Positions 1-10,196 of a stretch of 64,000 nucleotides of DNA are shown here, in pieces (positions within the stretch are counted from its first letter, which is position 1; each line of letters starts with the position of its first letter). Position numbers and translations under genes: made by a program. The stretch is from the IMG/VR virus record IMGVR_UViG_3300047994_000374, positions 310,001-374,000 of that record. The stretch is one strand, 5' to 3'. The notes beneath the pieces were generated by a model, which ran no database searches, was not told the origin of the DNA, and was given only the letters and a program-made list of their open reading frames with translations.

Positions 1-545
1 TCTTTGAGATCTGGGACTTTTTCTAAAATTACATAAGCATATGTTAATAGTTGAAACCAATCATCCTTTAAATACTTTTTGTTTTTAGTTGTTTTATAGT
101 CGGCGATGTGTATTATATTATCATCATTCGTCTCTATTTTGTCAATCACTCCAACAACTTTTATTTTATTATCCAATATCAATTCAAAGTCTTGTTCACA
201 TGCTAAAACGGTTGGGAGCTTATTATTCTTCTTTTGATCAATAAGAATTTTAAGATATTCTTGGCACATTCCAATGGCTTCTTGCTTCATTTCTGGAGTT
301 AATTTTCCAGTAAATTCTTTTACAGATTCGTTGAAAGATTTTGACATAGCCTTGTGCATTGGAAATAAATAATCTTTCATGCACTCAATATGAAATAACT
401 CAAGAATTCGATGACAAAATTTACCGTATTGATGATATTCAAATTCTTTACGGGGCATTTTAAGCACATAAGAGAACTCATATTGCTTTTTACAATTGGC
501 AAATACTTTTGATTTTGATACACTTAATTTGAATAGATCGCTCAT
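1..545 (-). CDS. PD-(D/E)XK nuclease, RecB/Cas4-like family (3' end outside window)
   Basis: Not in the ORF track; hand translation MSDLFKLSVSKSKVFANCKKQY...GKFCHRILE...VGVIDKIE...IADYKT...QLLTYA. Confidence 0.8.
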   Translation of the reverse strand, partial: MSDLFKLSVSKSKVFANCKKQYEFSYVLKMPRKEFEYHQYGKFCHRILELFHIECMKDYLFPMHKAMSKSFNESVKEFTGKLTPEMKQEAIGMCQEYLKILIDQKKNNKLPTVLACEQDFELILDNKIKVVGVIDKIETNDDNIIHIADYKTTKNKKYLKDDWFQLLTYAYVILEKVPDLK

Positions 546-595
546 TAATTTGGCTTCCGAATTTTACAATAGACTATATATCGAATGAAAATAAT

Positions 596-1576
596 TTAGA
601 ACAACGATCTTCGTTGAAAGGCTACCCATTCAAATACTTTTCCACCCCAAGCGCTTGAACTTGTTGATAAATTCGTAACGGCATTAGGTCCTGGAGTATA
701 CGGAGAGGTTGAGATCACCCATTTATTCGACCATGAATCTCTAAAATAAGACGTGAGCATTCCTGTTCTTGGATTGTATTCCGACCTTATGAATGTTCCG
801 CTTGGTGGAATTCCTGAACCATCTGCATCAAATAATAAACTTCCGTCTCTTGATTTTTCTGGATCTTCAGTCGAAAAGAATTGACGATTGATCGTTGGAG
901 GATCATTGGGATCCTCTTTTGTGAAATCTTGAAAAATAACCAAAGCCCTTGGATCAAACATATTGCTAAATTGTTGCGATTGGTTTGGAACTGGCGTTTC
1001 AGGCTTAAATGTAGTTGCGGCTGGCAAAGTCCCAATACCATTGCCTGTACGCCCCTCTGCATCGGTTGTAGTATAGGTTACTTCGTAATTCTGAGAGTTA
1101 TATGGTAAATTAGTAAAGTTAGTTGGGTAGCCATCTGCGTCGAATCCATTGGATATCGTTGGTAGAGTAGGATCATTGACCGTTATTCCGGAATCGGCGG
1201 GATTATTGTAATTGCCATTTGGGTAATTAGTGTTCGTACCAAAAGGATATAAATCTGGAATATTTACACCAACTGGAACATTACCTGATGAATGTGGTAA
1301 TCGTAAGCCGCCGTCTGTAATATCTGTTGTATAAATTTCGCTTAAAATAGCAGAAGAATCCGTTCCATTTGTCGCTAATGCTTGTAAATTAACAACTGGA
1401 CTATCTATAGGCAAAAAGATTGGTCCAGTATAAATGGTCGAAAAAAGGTTAGGAATCGTCCCATCTAGAGTATATAAAATAGTAGAGGGAACATTAGCAC
1501 TTAATGCTACAGTTTTTGGAATGCCAGAAACGATTTGGATGGCTGACTCAACAATAGAAATGCTTATAACTGCCAT
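596..1576 (-). CDS. hypothetical protein with N-terminal chitobiase/Fn3-like beta-sandwich, probably virion-associated
   Basis: ILYTLDGTIP...STIYTGPI motif; T/N/P/G-rich. Confidence 0.5.
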   Translation of the reverse strand: MAVISISIVESAIQIVSGIPKTVALSANVPSTILYTLDGTIPNLFSTIYTGPIFLPIDSPVVNLQALATNGTDSSAILSEIYTTDITDGGLRLPHSSGNVPVGVNIPDLYPFGTNTNYPNGNYNNPADSGITVNDPTLPTISNGFDADGYPTNFTNLPYNSQNYEVTYTTTDAEGRTGNGIGTLPAATTFKPETPVPNQSQQFSNMFDPRALVIFQDFTKEDPNDPPTINRQFFSTEDPEKSRDGSLLFDADGSGIPPSGTFIRSEYNPRTGMLTSYFRDSWSNKWVISTSPYTPGPNAVTNLSTSSSAWGGKVFEWVAFQRRSLF

Positions 1577-1891
1577 TTAGACCGCTCTCAAAAACTTGTT
1601 ATTTGTTTTAGTTATTTGTTTTTTAATCATAATGCGGTGTATTTTGTGAGCAGCTTTGCGAAAAATTTTAGCGATATCCAAATGAATATCTTCACTTTCT
1701 CGACGATATAATATTAAAAACTTCTCGTAGTAATTTAAAAATTCAACATCAGGATAAATGCCCTTATAATCTTCTTTATCAATCGCAATCAATTTATTAA
1801 TGGCATAGGTTATCAAAAAGTTATAGAATTTTTCATTTCCAACTTTTTGATATTTTGGGATAAACTCTTTCTTTAATCCGTCCAAGTCCAT
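1577..1891 (-). CDS. hypothetical protein
   Basis: 104-aa ORF abutting the next gene. Confidence 0.6.
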   Translation of the reverse strand: MDLDGLKKEFIPKYQKVGNEKFYNFLITYAINKLIAIDKEDYKGIYPDVEFLNYYEKFLILYRRESEDIHLDIAKIFRKAAHKIHRIMIKKQITKTNNKFLRAV

Positions 1892-1912
1892 GTATAAATG
1901 CGATAATAACGA

Positions 1913-2518
1913 TTATTTTATATTTGGTATGATTTTTGATAAAACTTCTTTTTCCAAATGCTGAATATCTTTTTCGTTATAGATAATTTGATCGAAATCT
2001 GAATTAGGAATACCATCCTGTTCGGTTTCAGAAATATCGTTAATTTTTAGATTATTTTGTGTTCTTATTAATCGAATCATGTAGAAACCGGCTTTTTTTA
2101 AGAAAATAGCTTCATTAACAAAACGAACATCTGAAACAACAACTGTTTGATATTTTTGCGAACCTAATTTTATTTGTTCTTTTTCGAATGCCTGATATCG
2201 GTCTCGAAAATTATTCACCCATAAATGTTGATTGTGGGCGCGTCCTAATTTTCCTAAATCCAAAAGAACTTGACGATAAGTTATATTTGTGCCGGGAATG
2301 ATGGTTCCTCGTAAATATGATGCTCCAAACAAACTTTCTCGACTTGCTTGTGGATACATTTGCAAAATCATTTCTTTCATTGGATCGGCAAAAGCAATAA
2401 ATTTAGCCCCCCATCCCTCTTTGTCTGGGTAATGCTTTTGAATTTGCGTAAAAATGGTTGTAGCGAGGGTGTTCTTTCCTGAATTCGCTTTACCAGAAAT
2501 TGCTATACGAAATGTCAT
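1913..2518 (-). CDS. deoxynucleoside monophosphate kinase (T4 gp1-like)
   Basis: GKANSGKNT P-loop, FADPMKE, SDVRFVNE; likely start MTFRIA at 2518. Confidence 0.85.
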   Translation of the reverse strand: MTFRIAISGKANSGKNTLATTIFTQIQKHYPDKEGWGAKFIAFADPMKEMILQMYPQASRESLFGASYLRGTIIPGTNITYRQVLLDLGKLGRAHNQHLWVNNFRDRYQAFEKEQIKLGSQKYQTVVVSDVRFVNEAIFLKKAGFYMIRLIRTQNNLKINDISETEQDGIPNSDFDQIIYNEKDIQHLEKEVLSKIIPNIK

Positions 2519-2522
2519 GTAA

Positions 2523-4730
2523 TCACCAGCTCGAAACAACTCTGGCGCGAGAAACAAGATTTTCATTTTGTTCCACCAGAATTCCATTTGTAAATTTGTC
2601 TTTTAATCGATCATTATGCGTAATAACTAAAATGGTGAAATCTTTTTGAAAGAACTTGATGATTTCCGAAAAAGCATCAACTGCAGCTTTATCAAGAGAT
2701 TGATCAATTTCATCCAAAAGAAGAAGTTTAATATCTACTCCTATCATTTTTTGAAGTAGGAATGATAATCCAAGTTTCAGGGCAAAAGTAACTGCTAACT
2801 TTTGAGCCCCAGAAAGTTGTTCATAATATCTTGATTTATTTTGTAGGAAATAATTAATTGCAAGCGTATCTTCTTCAACCCCATCGTCATTGGTTTTTTC
2901 AATAGCAAATTCTAATTGGAGTCCTGGTTTCAATTGCTGAAGTAAGTTATTTGCTTCAATTTGCAAGTCATCCAGCACATTTTGTATAATAAGATTTGGA
3001 ATCCCGGATGATGAAAATGCCTGCAAAACACTTGGATAAATTTTAATTTTATCTTCATATTGTTTGAGTGTTTTTGTAAGTTCTTCTTTTTTATTTTTGG
3101 ATTCTATTTTTTGCTGTAAATTATGTTGATTAATTGCCTTTTGATTTGTTATCTGAGTAATTTCTTTTGACTTTGAAGCAATATCTTGTTTTGTTTTATC
3201 GATAGCTCGGCGGAGATTCAAAATATCATTTTTGATAATTGAGGCTTCTTCAATAGAAGATTTTTTAATTTCCTCTTTGATAATTAATATTTCTTGGTTT
3301 TTAGAATTTAAGTCAGCAGTAAATTTTTTAATTAATGTATCGTACTCTTTGTTAAAATTTCTTTTCTCTTCAACTTCTGATTTTTTTCCAGCAATTTTCA
3401 CATTAAGATCGTCAAGTTTATTTTTTGAAGATCTGATTGCTGATATTTCTTGATTTAATTCATCAATGTTTTTTGACAGCTTTACTACACTATCACTCGA
3501 TAATTTGACCGTTTCTTGGCATAGTTTGATTTCTTCATCAATTTGTTGCTGACAGATTTTACGGTGCTCTTCTGTTAATTCTTGACGACAGTGCCTACAA
3601 ACACTATCTTTTGGCAATGGTAATTTAAGCTCTTCATATTTTGATTTATTATTGCGTATGGTTAAATTTAATTCAGCGACCGCCTCTTTTTTAGAAATAA
3701 TCGCTTCATTCAGCTTATCAATTTCAGCAGGATCTTTGATGAACAATGCAGCTATTTGTGTTTCGAGATTCTTAATTTCAACGATAATATTTTTTGCCGA
3801 ATTAATAACTAAGGTTTTTTTATCTGAATATTCCTTAATGGATCGTTCTAATTTTGACAAATCGGAGGTGGCTGATTTTTCTTTTATCAGAAATTCCGAA
3901 AACTTTGATTCCAAATTATTATGTTTATTATTTAAGGTATTAAGCTGTTCGGTTTGTTCGGCGAAGAGGTCATTTAATGTTTTTAAGTCCTGGTTGCTTA
4001 TCGCCAATGTATTTGAAAAACCGTTTATTAAAGCTTCAATTTCGGGAATATCTTTATTCGGATCTCCTATGGCATCTATTTGAGTCTGATACTTATCTGC
4101 TTCTTTTGTTAGGATTGCGTATTTATCTTTGGCTATTTTTTCTAATTTCGTATAGACTGCCAGATTGAGGGCGTCTTTTAAGATAGCCTTACGCTTCTCT
4201 GGAGATGATGTGGTTAATCCAGAGAAATCGTTCTGCATAAAATGGACGAAAACACGAAATGATTTATAATTAACTTTTATTAACTTAGCTAAATCTTTTT
4301 CAGTATCGGAAGTTCGTCGGGAAGATATATTTTTCCAATACTTATTATCAATTAATATTATTTCATTTTCATCATGGAGCACTTCGTTGATTTCGCCAGC
4401 AAGAGCTATTCTTTGATAAAGAGAGAGATCCGAAGTGCCCTTTTTTGTTCTTATTCTAACCAAACGATATTCTTCACCTGCAATACTAAAATCAAAACAA
4501 ACGCGACATTTATCGGTGTCGTCGCGCAAGATGTTCTCTAAATTAACATCAGCTTGATTAAACAAACAATATTCTATTGCTTTGAAGATGGTCGTTTTAC
4601 CAACGCCATTTGAATAAAGATCGCTGTTGGCAAGTTTTCCAATAATAAGTGCCGAACTAAACTGTGAAAAATCAATGAATGCTTTTTCATAACACATAAA
4701 ATCTTCAATGTATAATCGGCAAGGGATCAT
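2523..4730 (-). CDS. sbcC: SbcC/Rad50-like (gp46) recombination ATPase
   Basis: NGVGKTT Walker A, coiled coil with CRHC zinc hook, LSGAQK signature, LLLLDE Walker B, ITHN. Confidence 0.92.
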   Translation of the reverse strand: MIPCRLYIEDFMCYEKAFIDFSQFSSALIIGKLANSDLYSNGVGKTTIFKAIEYCLFNQADVNLENILRDDTDKCRVCFDFSIAGEEYRLVRIRTKKGTSDLSLYQRIALAGEINEVLHDENEIILIDNKYWKNISSRRTSDTEKDLAKLIKVNYKSFRVFVHFMQNDFSGLTTSSPEKRKAILKDALNLAVYTKLEKIAKDKYAILTKEADKYQTQIDAIGDPNKDIPEIEALINGFSNTLAISNQDLKTLNDLFAEQTEQLNTLNNKHNNLESKFSEFLIKEKSATSDLSKLERSIKEYSDKKTLVINSAKNIIVEIKNLETQIAALFIKDPAEIDKLNEAIISKKEAVAELNLTIRNNKSKYEELKLPLPKDSVCRHCRQELTEEHRKICQQQIDEEIKLCQETVKLSSDSVVKLSKNIDELNQEISAIRSSKNKLDDLNVKIAGKKSEVEEKRNFNKEYDTLIKKFTADLNSKNQEILIIKEEIKKSSIEEASIIKNDILNLRRAIDKTKQDIASKSKEITQITNQKAINQHNLQQKIESKNKKEELTKTLKQYEDKIKIYPSVLQAFSSSGIPNLIIQNVLDDLQIEANNLLQQLKPGLQLEFAIEKTNDDGVEEDTLAINYFLQNKSRYYEQLSGAQKLAVTFALKLGLSFLLQKMIGVDIKLLLLDEIDQSLDKAAVDAFSEIIKFFQKDFTILVITHNDRLKDKFTNGILVEQNENLVSRARVVSSW

Positions 4731-5923
4731 TCAGCGTTCTTTTCCTTAAATTGATTGTGAATCTCGGTTGCTAATTCTAAAAATTCTGCTTGCTTATCTT
4801 TTTCAATACAAGCCTCTGCATAAATTTTAATGGTTGCAGCTACATCCATTTTTGTATCCAAGGTAATAGCGGCGTCTTTTTTAACGAGTAAAATCTTTTT
4901 TGACTCTGAAACTCCCGTAATGTTAAAAACACCCTGTGAAAACAAATACTTTTCAATAGTAGATTTATTAACTGATTTTAATTCAGGAGAACCTAATGAA
5001 ATATCTACTTTTACAATAGACTTATCAAAAGACTTTAGTTTTCTTAGTTCATCCATCACATATTCGGTTGAATCTTCGGTGTCTGGCGGTATTTGAATGG
5101 CAATCTTTTTAAGAGAACGCGTTGGAAGAGTTTCGGTTGTCCAATTATGTTTTTCATCACAATCCAAAACAATAATGTGTTTTTTATGGTTTGTTTCTCC
5201 AAAATTCGAAACATCCATACTTCCAATATGAGCGACATGTGGATTCGATTGATTAAGTATCTGGGGTTTATGAACATGTCCCATCCAAACATAATCATAG
5301 CCATTAAACATATCTATTGGACAAAACAATTCATTAGCAATATCATCAATTTCATCGCCAATTGGAATGGAACCTTCAAGCGCAAAATGTCCGATAACAA
5401 CCTTTTGATGCGTAAGTGGAATAGAGTTCAATTCATAAACAAGACTATTTTTAAGAATTTCAACTGCATCCGCATTTGAGGTGGTATTAAATGATTTGCG
5501 ATCTCTAAATGGAAGTAAAGTGAATGAAGTATTTTCTATGGTGATAGTGGCGGTATCTTTATATACATTCACATTAGGTAAGTCGGCTTCATTAATAATA
5601 TCAAGAGGAGAAGTATAGATAAATCCACTTCTTAAGATATCATGATTGCCAATGATAATATGAACGTCAATACCATACATTCCACATTCTTTTAGCCACG
5701 ACATAAATAAAGCAATAAGAGCTGGATGGGGCTTAGGGTCCTCGAACACATCTCCTGTTATAATGATGGAATTTGACTGGCGTTCTTTTGCCTGATCTAA
5801 AGTCCAATTAAATAAATCTAATTGATCGGATACACGACTATTAAGGTTGGAGCCTACGCCAGCTTTACCCATCGCTAAACTTTTTCCAAGATGCGGATCG
5901 CCTAATAAAATGCAATTACTCAT
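4727..5923 (-). CDS. sbcD: SbcD/Mre11-like (gp47) nuclease
   Basis: GDPHLG, TGDVFE, GNHD, GHVH metallophosphoesterase motifs; adjacent to sbcC. Confidence 0.92.
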   Translation of the reverse strand: MSNCILLGDPHLGKSLAMGKAGVGSNLNSRVSDQLDLFNWTLDQAKERQSNSIIITGDVFEDPKPHPALIALFMSWLKECGMYGIDVHIIIGNHDILRSGFIYTSPLDIINEADLPNVNVYKDTATITIENTSFTLLPFRDRKSFNTTSNADAVEILKNSLVYELNSIPLTHQKVVIGHFALEGSIPIGDEIDDIANELFCPIDMFNGYDYVWMGHVHKPQILNQSNPHVAHIGSMDVSNFGETNHKKHIIVLDCDEKHNWTTETLPTRSLKKIAIQIPPDTEDSTEYVMDELRKLKSFDKSIVKVDISLGSPELKSVNKSTIEKYLFSQGVFNITGVSESKKILLVKKDAAITLDTKMDVAATIKIYAEACIEKDKQAEFLELATEIHNQFKEKNAE

Positions 5924-6545
5924 GATAATTATCCATTATTGTTTTTAATTCTTCGACAATTCTGGCAAGAGCTGAATTATCTAATTTATGCTGGTCATTT
6001 AATTTATCATACGATCTGCAAATATAATTTTCAATAAATTCAAATGATTTTTCTGATGAGTGATTTCGTCTGAAATTTTTCACCGCTTTTGAGAAATTCA
6101 ACATTACCTCGAGTCGTTCTGAAAAATTTACATCATCATAAACATTGTCAACATCTACATCTTGTGAAAATAAACTCAATACTTTCTGAGCTGCTTTAAA
6201 TCGATTGCAGCCTTCTAAAAATGAAATGAATTCGGAACCATGAGCAAATTTACCTCCAAGCTTACATCCATAACAGAAGAACGAATTCGTTTCTGGATAA
6301 TAAACAAAAGAGGCACTTGTTTCTCGACCGCCCTTATGATCTCTAAAGGGACATGTTGCTTTTTTGCAATTCGGTTCTAAATGCATACCATAATGTTTGA
6401 AGATTAAGGTAAGCGGAACCATATTAGCCTGATCAATTAGGTCTTGGTAATAATTCTTTCCATCAGGAGTGCTTGGAGCGTTTCCAGAATTCCAAGATGT
6501 CTCGCCATTGCTAATGGGTCTGGTTTGATTTGATATTGGGCACAT
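5916..6545 (-). CDS. stand-alone CHC2 zinc-finger protein (primase zinc-binding domain); start uncertain
   Basis: CPFRDH...SASF...FFCYGC; no TOPRIM domain. Confidence 0.75.
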   Translation of the reverse strand: MCPISNQTRPISNGETSWNSGNAPSTPDGKNYYQDLIDQANMVPLTLIFKHYGMHLEPNCKKATCPFRDHKGGRETSASFVYYPETNSFFCYGCKLGGKFAHGSEFISFLEGCNRFKAAQKVLSLFSQDVDVDNVYDDVNFSERLEVMLNFSKAVKNFRRNHSSEKSFEFIENYICRSYDKLNDQHKLDNSALARIVEELKTIMDNYHE

Positions 6546-6631
6546 AATTGACTGTATTCTCCAAATTTTTCTTTTTCCTCTGTGATAAGATTGAGGATCA
6601 TTTCTTTTGGAGTCATATCTAATTTATCCAT
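6437..6631 (-). CDS. hypothetical protein
   Basis: 64-aa ORF overlapping both neighbours. Confidence 0.45.
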   Translation of the reverse strand: MDKLDMTPKEMILNLITEEKEKFGEYSQLCAQYQIKPDPLAMARHLGILETLQALLMERIITKT

Positions 6632-7130
6632 TTTTCTTCAAAGTGTCAATGGAACTCGCCATCGCTTTGAGAAGAGTATCCATTGCGTCTGCCCTTTTAT
6701 TTAAAGAATTTAAGCTGTAATCTAGCTCATTAATTCGATTTCGTTGTGTTATACAAGTTTTTAACAAGATAGCTATTAATCCTAATGATCCAATTCCCTC
6801 ATCTGATTCATTTGGATCATTATTCACTTCGCTTGCAAAAATCATCATATCTTTCAAAAGTTCCATCTCAATATTACTTGAAAGTACATTTTGATTTCCA
6901 GGTAGCGTTTTATCTGTCATAATCTTTTGAAATCTAACGGTGAGTTCGGCTGCCGCCTTTTTATGTCCAGTTAACCGCTCTTGAGTTGCTGCAACGTTTT
7001 TTTCTAAAGTGGCTTGTGAAGGCTTTTTAGGCTGATTATCAAAAATAGATGGTTTCGAACTGACCTGTTTAAGTCCGACTTTATCTGATCGATCTGATGG
7101 CTTACTATTATCGTCTCTAAATCCGCCCAT
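6624..7130 (-). CDS. hypothetical protein
   Basis: 168-aa ORF in operon-like run. Confidence 0.65.
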   Translation of the reverse strand: MGGFRDDNSKPSDRSDKVGLKQVSSKPSIFDNQPKKPSQATLEKNVAATQERLTGHKKAAAELTVRFQKIMTDKTLPGNQNVLSSNIEMELLKDMMIFASEVNNDPNESDEGIGSLGLIAILLKTCITQRNRINELDYSLNSLNKRADAMDTLLKAMASSIDTLKKNG

Positions 7131-7137
7131 GATATCC

Positions 7138-7404
7138 TTACGCCCTCTTTATAATGACATATTTTTCAGCCAACTCGAAAGTAAATTTAACTCCAAGTGC
7201 AATCTCTAATGCAGGGAGCGCGGCGGCTGATTTAAGAGTGAGATATAATTTATTTGGATCGACAGGAAGGGGAGTACAATGATCGCTTACGACTTGATCT
7301 GGAAGCGAATACATGTCAATTGGCTTGTCCTTAATTTCGTGCCAAATTTTATCTGATTCTGTTAATTCTTTTTTTGGTTGTTCTTTTTTTTCTGATGCTG
7401 TCAT
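7138..7404 (-). CDS. hypothetical protein
   Basis: 88-aa ORF with AGGAA upstream. Confidence 0.65.
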   Translation of the reverse strand: MTASEKKEQPKKELTESDKIWHEIKDKPIDMYSLPDQVVSDHCTPLPVDPNKLYLTLKSAAALPALEIALGVKFTFELAEKYVIIKRA

Positions 7405-7717
7405 TTTCGTTTCCTTTTTTAATTATTGTTGAATATATTTCTATAAAATTTTGTGTATCTACCATTCCATTTATTCTATAAATTTCTTTACTATTTTGAT
7501 AAATAATGATAACTGGGACTGAATCTAAATTAAATCTGATGGGCGTTGTTATAAAATAATCTGTGTCGATTGCCAAAAAACTTAATTTGAATTTATTTTC
7601 AACTTGACTTACCATTTTAATCATCTTTTTATGAAATGGCATTGTTGTAGAATAAAAATAAAATGAATTAATACCACTTGACCACCTTATATCTTCCTCT
7701 TTTGTTAAAAACTCCAT
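7349..7717 (-). CDS. thioredoxin-fold protein lacking the CxxC motif
   Basis: FYFYSTTMPFHKKM at the WCxxC position; FNLDSVPVIII cis-Pro motif; RING. Confidence 0.6.
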   Translation of the reverse strand: MEFLTKEEDIRWSSGINSFYFYSTTMPFHKKMIKMVSQVENKFKLSFLAIDTDYFITTPIRFNLDSVPVIIIYQNSKEIYRINGMVDTQNFIEIYSTIIKKGNENDSIRKKRTTKKRINRIR

Positions 7718-7944
7718 TATTGTTTGGTAGATAAATCGGCGACAAAAGCATTTAAGCTATTGGATTGGTCTGCTTTTTCACGAATAATTTTTGCAATTTT
7801 CTCTGCGATAGCCGTTGCAGCGTCAATTACTTCTTGTTGAGAAATAACCCCCTTATCAATTAATATTTTTTCGAGGGTAGATAATCGAAGCATTGCATCT
7901 GCCATAAGAATATCTTGAGTTACTTTTTGGTTTTCATCTGACAT
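7717..7944 (-). CDS. hypothetical protein
   Basis: 75-aa ORF with AAGGA upstream. Confidence 0.6.
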   Translation of the reverse strand: MSDENQKVTQDILMADAMLRLSTLEKILIDKGVISQQEVIDAATAIAEKIAKIIREKADQSNSLNAFVADLSTKQ

Positions 7945-7955
7945 TTTATTCCTTA

Positions 7956-8501
7956 TTATTTAGCGTGACACTTTTTGAATTTTTTTACTTTATTAGTTAA
8001 TGGATCGACAATCCCGCAGGGGCACGGCTCATTCGGTCCAACTTTCTTCATATTAAATACTTGAACTGGTTTTGGGACAGCTCGATCCATAAATAGTGTT
8101 TGATTTAAATGATCTAACTCGTGCTGTACGGCTACCGCTACAAGTCCAGTTGCAATAAAACCATGTGGCGTATCTAAATTATTAATTACATGAACCTCTT
8201 GAAATCTTAAAGTATTTTCAAGGCGATTTGGAAATGATAAACATCCTTCTTCTTCAAAAATTGCTTCGTCATAACCCTTTTCAATTTTAGCATTGATTAA
8301 ATTGAATTTTGTATTACTCAAACGAACAATAGCAATTTTCTTTTGTATGTTGATTTGAGCGGCAGCCAACCCAATGCCAGGAGCCCCAAGACGAGCAGAT
8401 TGAGCAAGTTCCCTTTCAAGTAGCTCAACTAATTCGCCCACTTCTCCTGGCAAAACATCTTCGCAAGGCAATCTTAATAGTTTTTCATCGCGTATAATCA
8501 T
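7956..8501 (-). CDS. def: peptide deformylase with C-terminal SEC-C motif
   Basis: GIGLAAAQ, EGCLS, HELDH; tail VGPNEPCPCG...KKFKKCH. Confidence 0.93.
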   Translation of the reverse strand: MIIRDEKLLRLPCEDVLPGEVGELVELLERELAQSARLGAPGIGLAAAQINIQKKIAIVRLSNTKFNLINAKIEKGYDEAIFEEEGCLSFPNRLENTLRFQEVHVINNLDTPHGFIATGLVAVAVQHELDHLNQTLFMDRAVPKPVQVFNMKKVGPNEPCPCGIVDPLTNKVKKFKKCHAK

Positions 8502-8536
8502 AAATACTTTCTAATGAGTAATATATCGGCTAATTT

Positions 8537-8737
8537 TTACTTTTTACCACAATTACATCCACCGCCACGAATACCCGCATTGGCTTGAGATTTCTTCATA
8601 CATACTGAGCATTGCTTACTTGTTGCGCTACAAGTTTCGCAAAGAACTGCAATACTAATTGAAACGGCACCTTGACATCGCATACATTTCTTTGTAGTAT
8701 AGATAGAAGCTAATTTACTGCAATTTGAACACATCAT
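8537..8737 (-). CDS. small Cys-rich protein
   Basis: four CxxC pairs; start moved to MMCSNC because the upstream part overlaps a + strand gene. Confidence 0.6.
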   Translation of the reverse strand: MMCSNCSKLASIYTTKKCMRCQGAVSISIAVLCETCSATSKQCSVCMKKSQANAGIRGGGCNCGKK

Positions 8738-8773
8738 CTTACTAACTATTCTAACATATTGATTGGGACCTAC

Positions 8774-8935
8774 ATGAACGATTTTTACAAATTCTTTAAC
8801 GAAAAAATGAAAAAAGAAAAAGAGCGCAATCTTCAAATTCAATTAGAGTTAGAGATTGAGCCATTACCACCATTAAAAATTGAAGAAAATGAAGATAAAG
8901 AAGAATCCAAAGTTATTATCATTGATTTATTCTAA
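8774..8935 (+). CDS. small hypothetical protein (53 aa), below the ORF-track cutoff
   Basis: MNDFYKFFNEK...EESKVIIIDLF*; fills the gap exactly. Confidence 0.55.
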   Translation: MNDFYKFFNEKMKKEKERNLQIQLELEIEPLPPLKIEENEDKEESKVIIIDLF

Positions 8936-9441
8936 TGTGTAAAGAAAGAATTCCAACTTTCATGCCAGAATTCCTGATCTTCTGATACATAAAATTTTGA
9001 AGTAAAAATTGGATTAATTGGATTAGATAGTAATTTCATCCCTGCTTCTTCGGGCGTGTCATCATTCTTACTATTATTGCAATCGTGACAAGCTAATACA
9101 CAATTTAAGAATGATGTTTTTCCGCCACGAGACTTGGGCAAAATATGGTCCATGGTTATTTGGGCGCCGTAAATTTTGACGCCGCAATATTGGCACTGAT
9201 TTTTATCGCGCTTAATTAGTAATTTACGACTGAAGTGAATTCTACTAACTCGATATTTAATCTCAGATTTCAAAACCAAAACAGAGGGTAAATGAATTTC
9301 TTCTTTACCCCAAGGGATAGTATCTTCCCAGAACGATATTGGATCTGCTTTTTCTTTGTATAAAAATTTACAGACCTTTCTTTCGGAAATAAAGGATAAT
9401 ATTTCGTAATTTGAATTAAGTAATAGGGCTCGTTTTGACAT
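8932..9441 (-). CDS. HNH endonuclease (McrA-like)
   Basis: RDKNQCQYCG...TMDHILPKSRGG...NCVLACHDCNNSK; ends in TAG. Confidence 0.9.
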   Translation of the reverse strand: MSKRALLLNSNYEILSFISERKVCKFLYKEKADPISFWEDTIPWGKEEIHLPSVLVLKSEIKYRVSRIHFSRKLLIKRDKNQCQYCGVKIYGAQITMDHILPKSRGGKTSFLNCVLACHDCNNSKNDDTPEEAGMKLLSNPINPIFTSKFYVSEDQEFWHESWNSFFTH

Positions 9442-10196
9442 TAGTAATCAAGAGCTTTCCAATCTTTTGGTGTTAATTTTAATGCATCGCCTTTAAATTT
9501 AATTAGTTTTTTAAGTGAAACCCTAATATCTTCACCATATGTTAGAGCACTTTCATTGCCAACTGTAAACCAGCCAACTCTGGGGCGGCGAGCGAATAAC
9601 TCAACTTTTTTAATAGTAACATCTGCGAACATCAATTCTAATGAATTTTGCAGATGTTCTGGTTTAGCAGAGTGTTTTAAATTTTCTGCAAATGAAACGG
9701 TTCGTTGTGACTTATTTGTAAGATGTTTATAGATATTTTTATTATTTATTCCTATCAAACAAATTTCATGTGTATTTCTAAAAAGCCTACCCATAAAAAA
9801 CGATGTCACATCATTTATTGAAAAATTCTCAATAATTTTTTTAACAGATTCGAGTTCAATTGTTTTAGACCATGAATTTATTGTTTTAAAATATTTTTTT
9901 AAAACTTTTATAGAAACTTTTAATGGTTCTTTTTTTGTTTTTACCCAAATATATGTTTGTTTTTGTTCGAATCCCCAAGCTTTCATTACATCCAGTCCAT
10001 CTTGTAATAAAGAACTTGGAACCCATAATGCTAACACGGCGCCATCAGGATTTGCCATTTCTTTTACTGGCAACTCTTTTATATCTTTTAAAGACATGGT
10101 TGTGTAGTTTGCTTCGGCGCCTCGTTTTACATCGCTCATTTTTAATTGATCTGAGAAATTCCAAGGAGGGTCGGCGCAAATTATATTAAATTTCAT
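9441..10196 (-). CDS. MT-A70 family adenine methyltransferase
   Basis: ADPPW, LALW, AWGF, IWVK, HSAKPE, ELFARR. Confidence 0.9.
   Translation of the reverse strand: MKFNIICADPPWNFSDQLKMSDVKRGAEANYTTMSLKDIKELPVKEMANPDGAVLALWVPSSLLQDGLDVMKAWGFEQKQTYIWVKTKKEPLKVSIKVLKKYFKTINSWSKTIELESVKKIIENFSINDVTSFFMGRLFRNTHEICLIGINNKNIYKHLTNKSQRTVSFAENLKHSAKPEHLQNSLELMFADVTIKKVELFARRPRVGWFTVGNESALTYGEDIRVSLKKLIKFKGDALKLTPKDWKALDY

Noticed and set aside
8843-8934. Functional readthrough extension of the TAG-terminated HNH gene
   Set aside because: The extension is low-complexity and antisense to a plausible small plus-strand gene.
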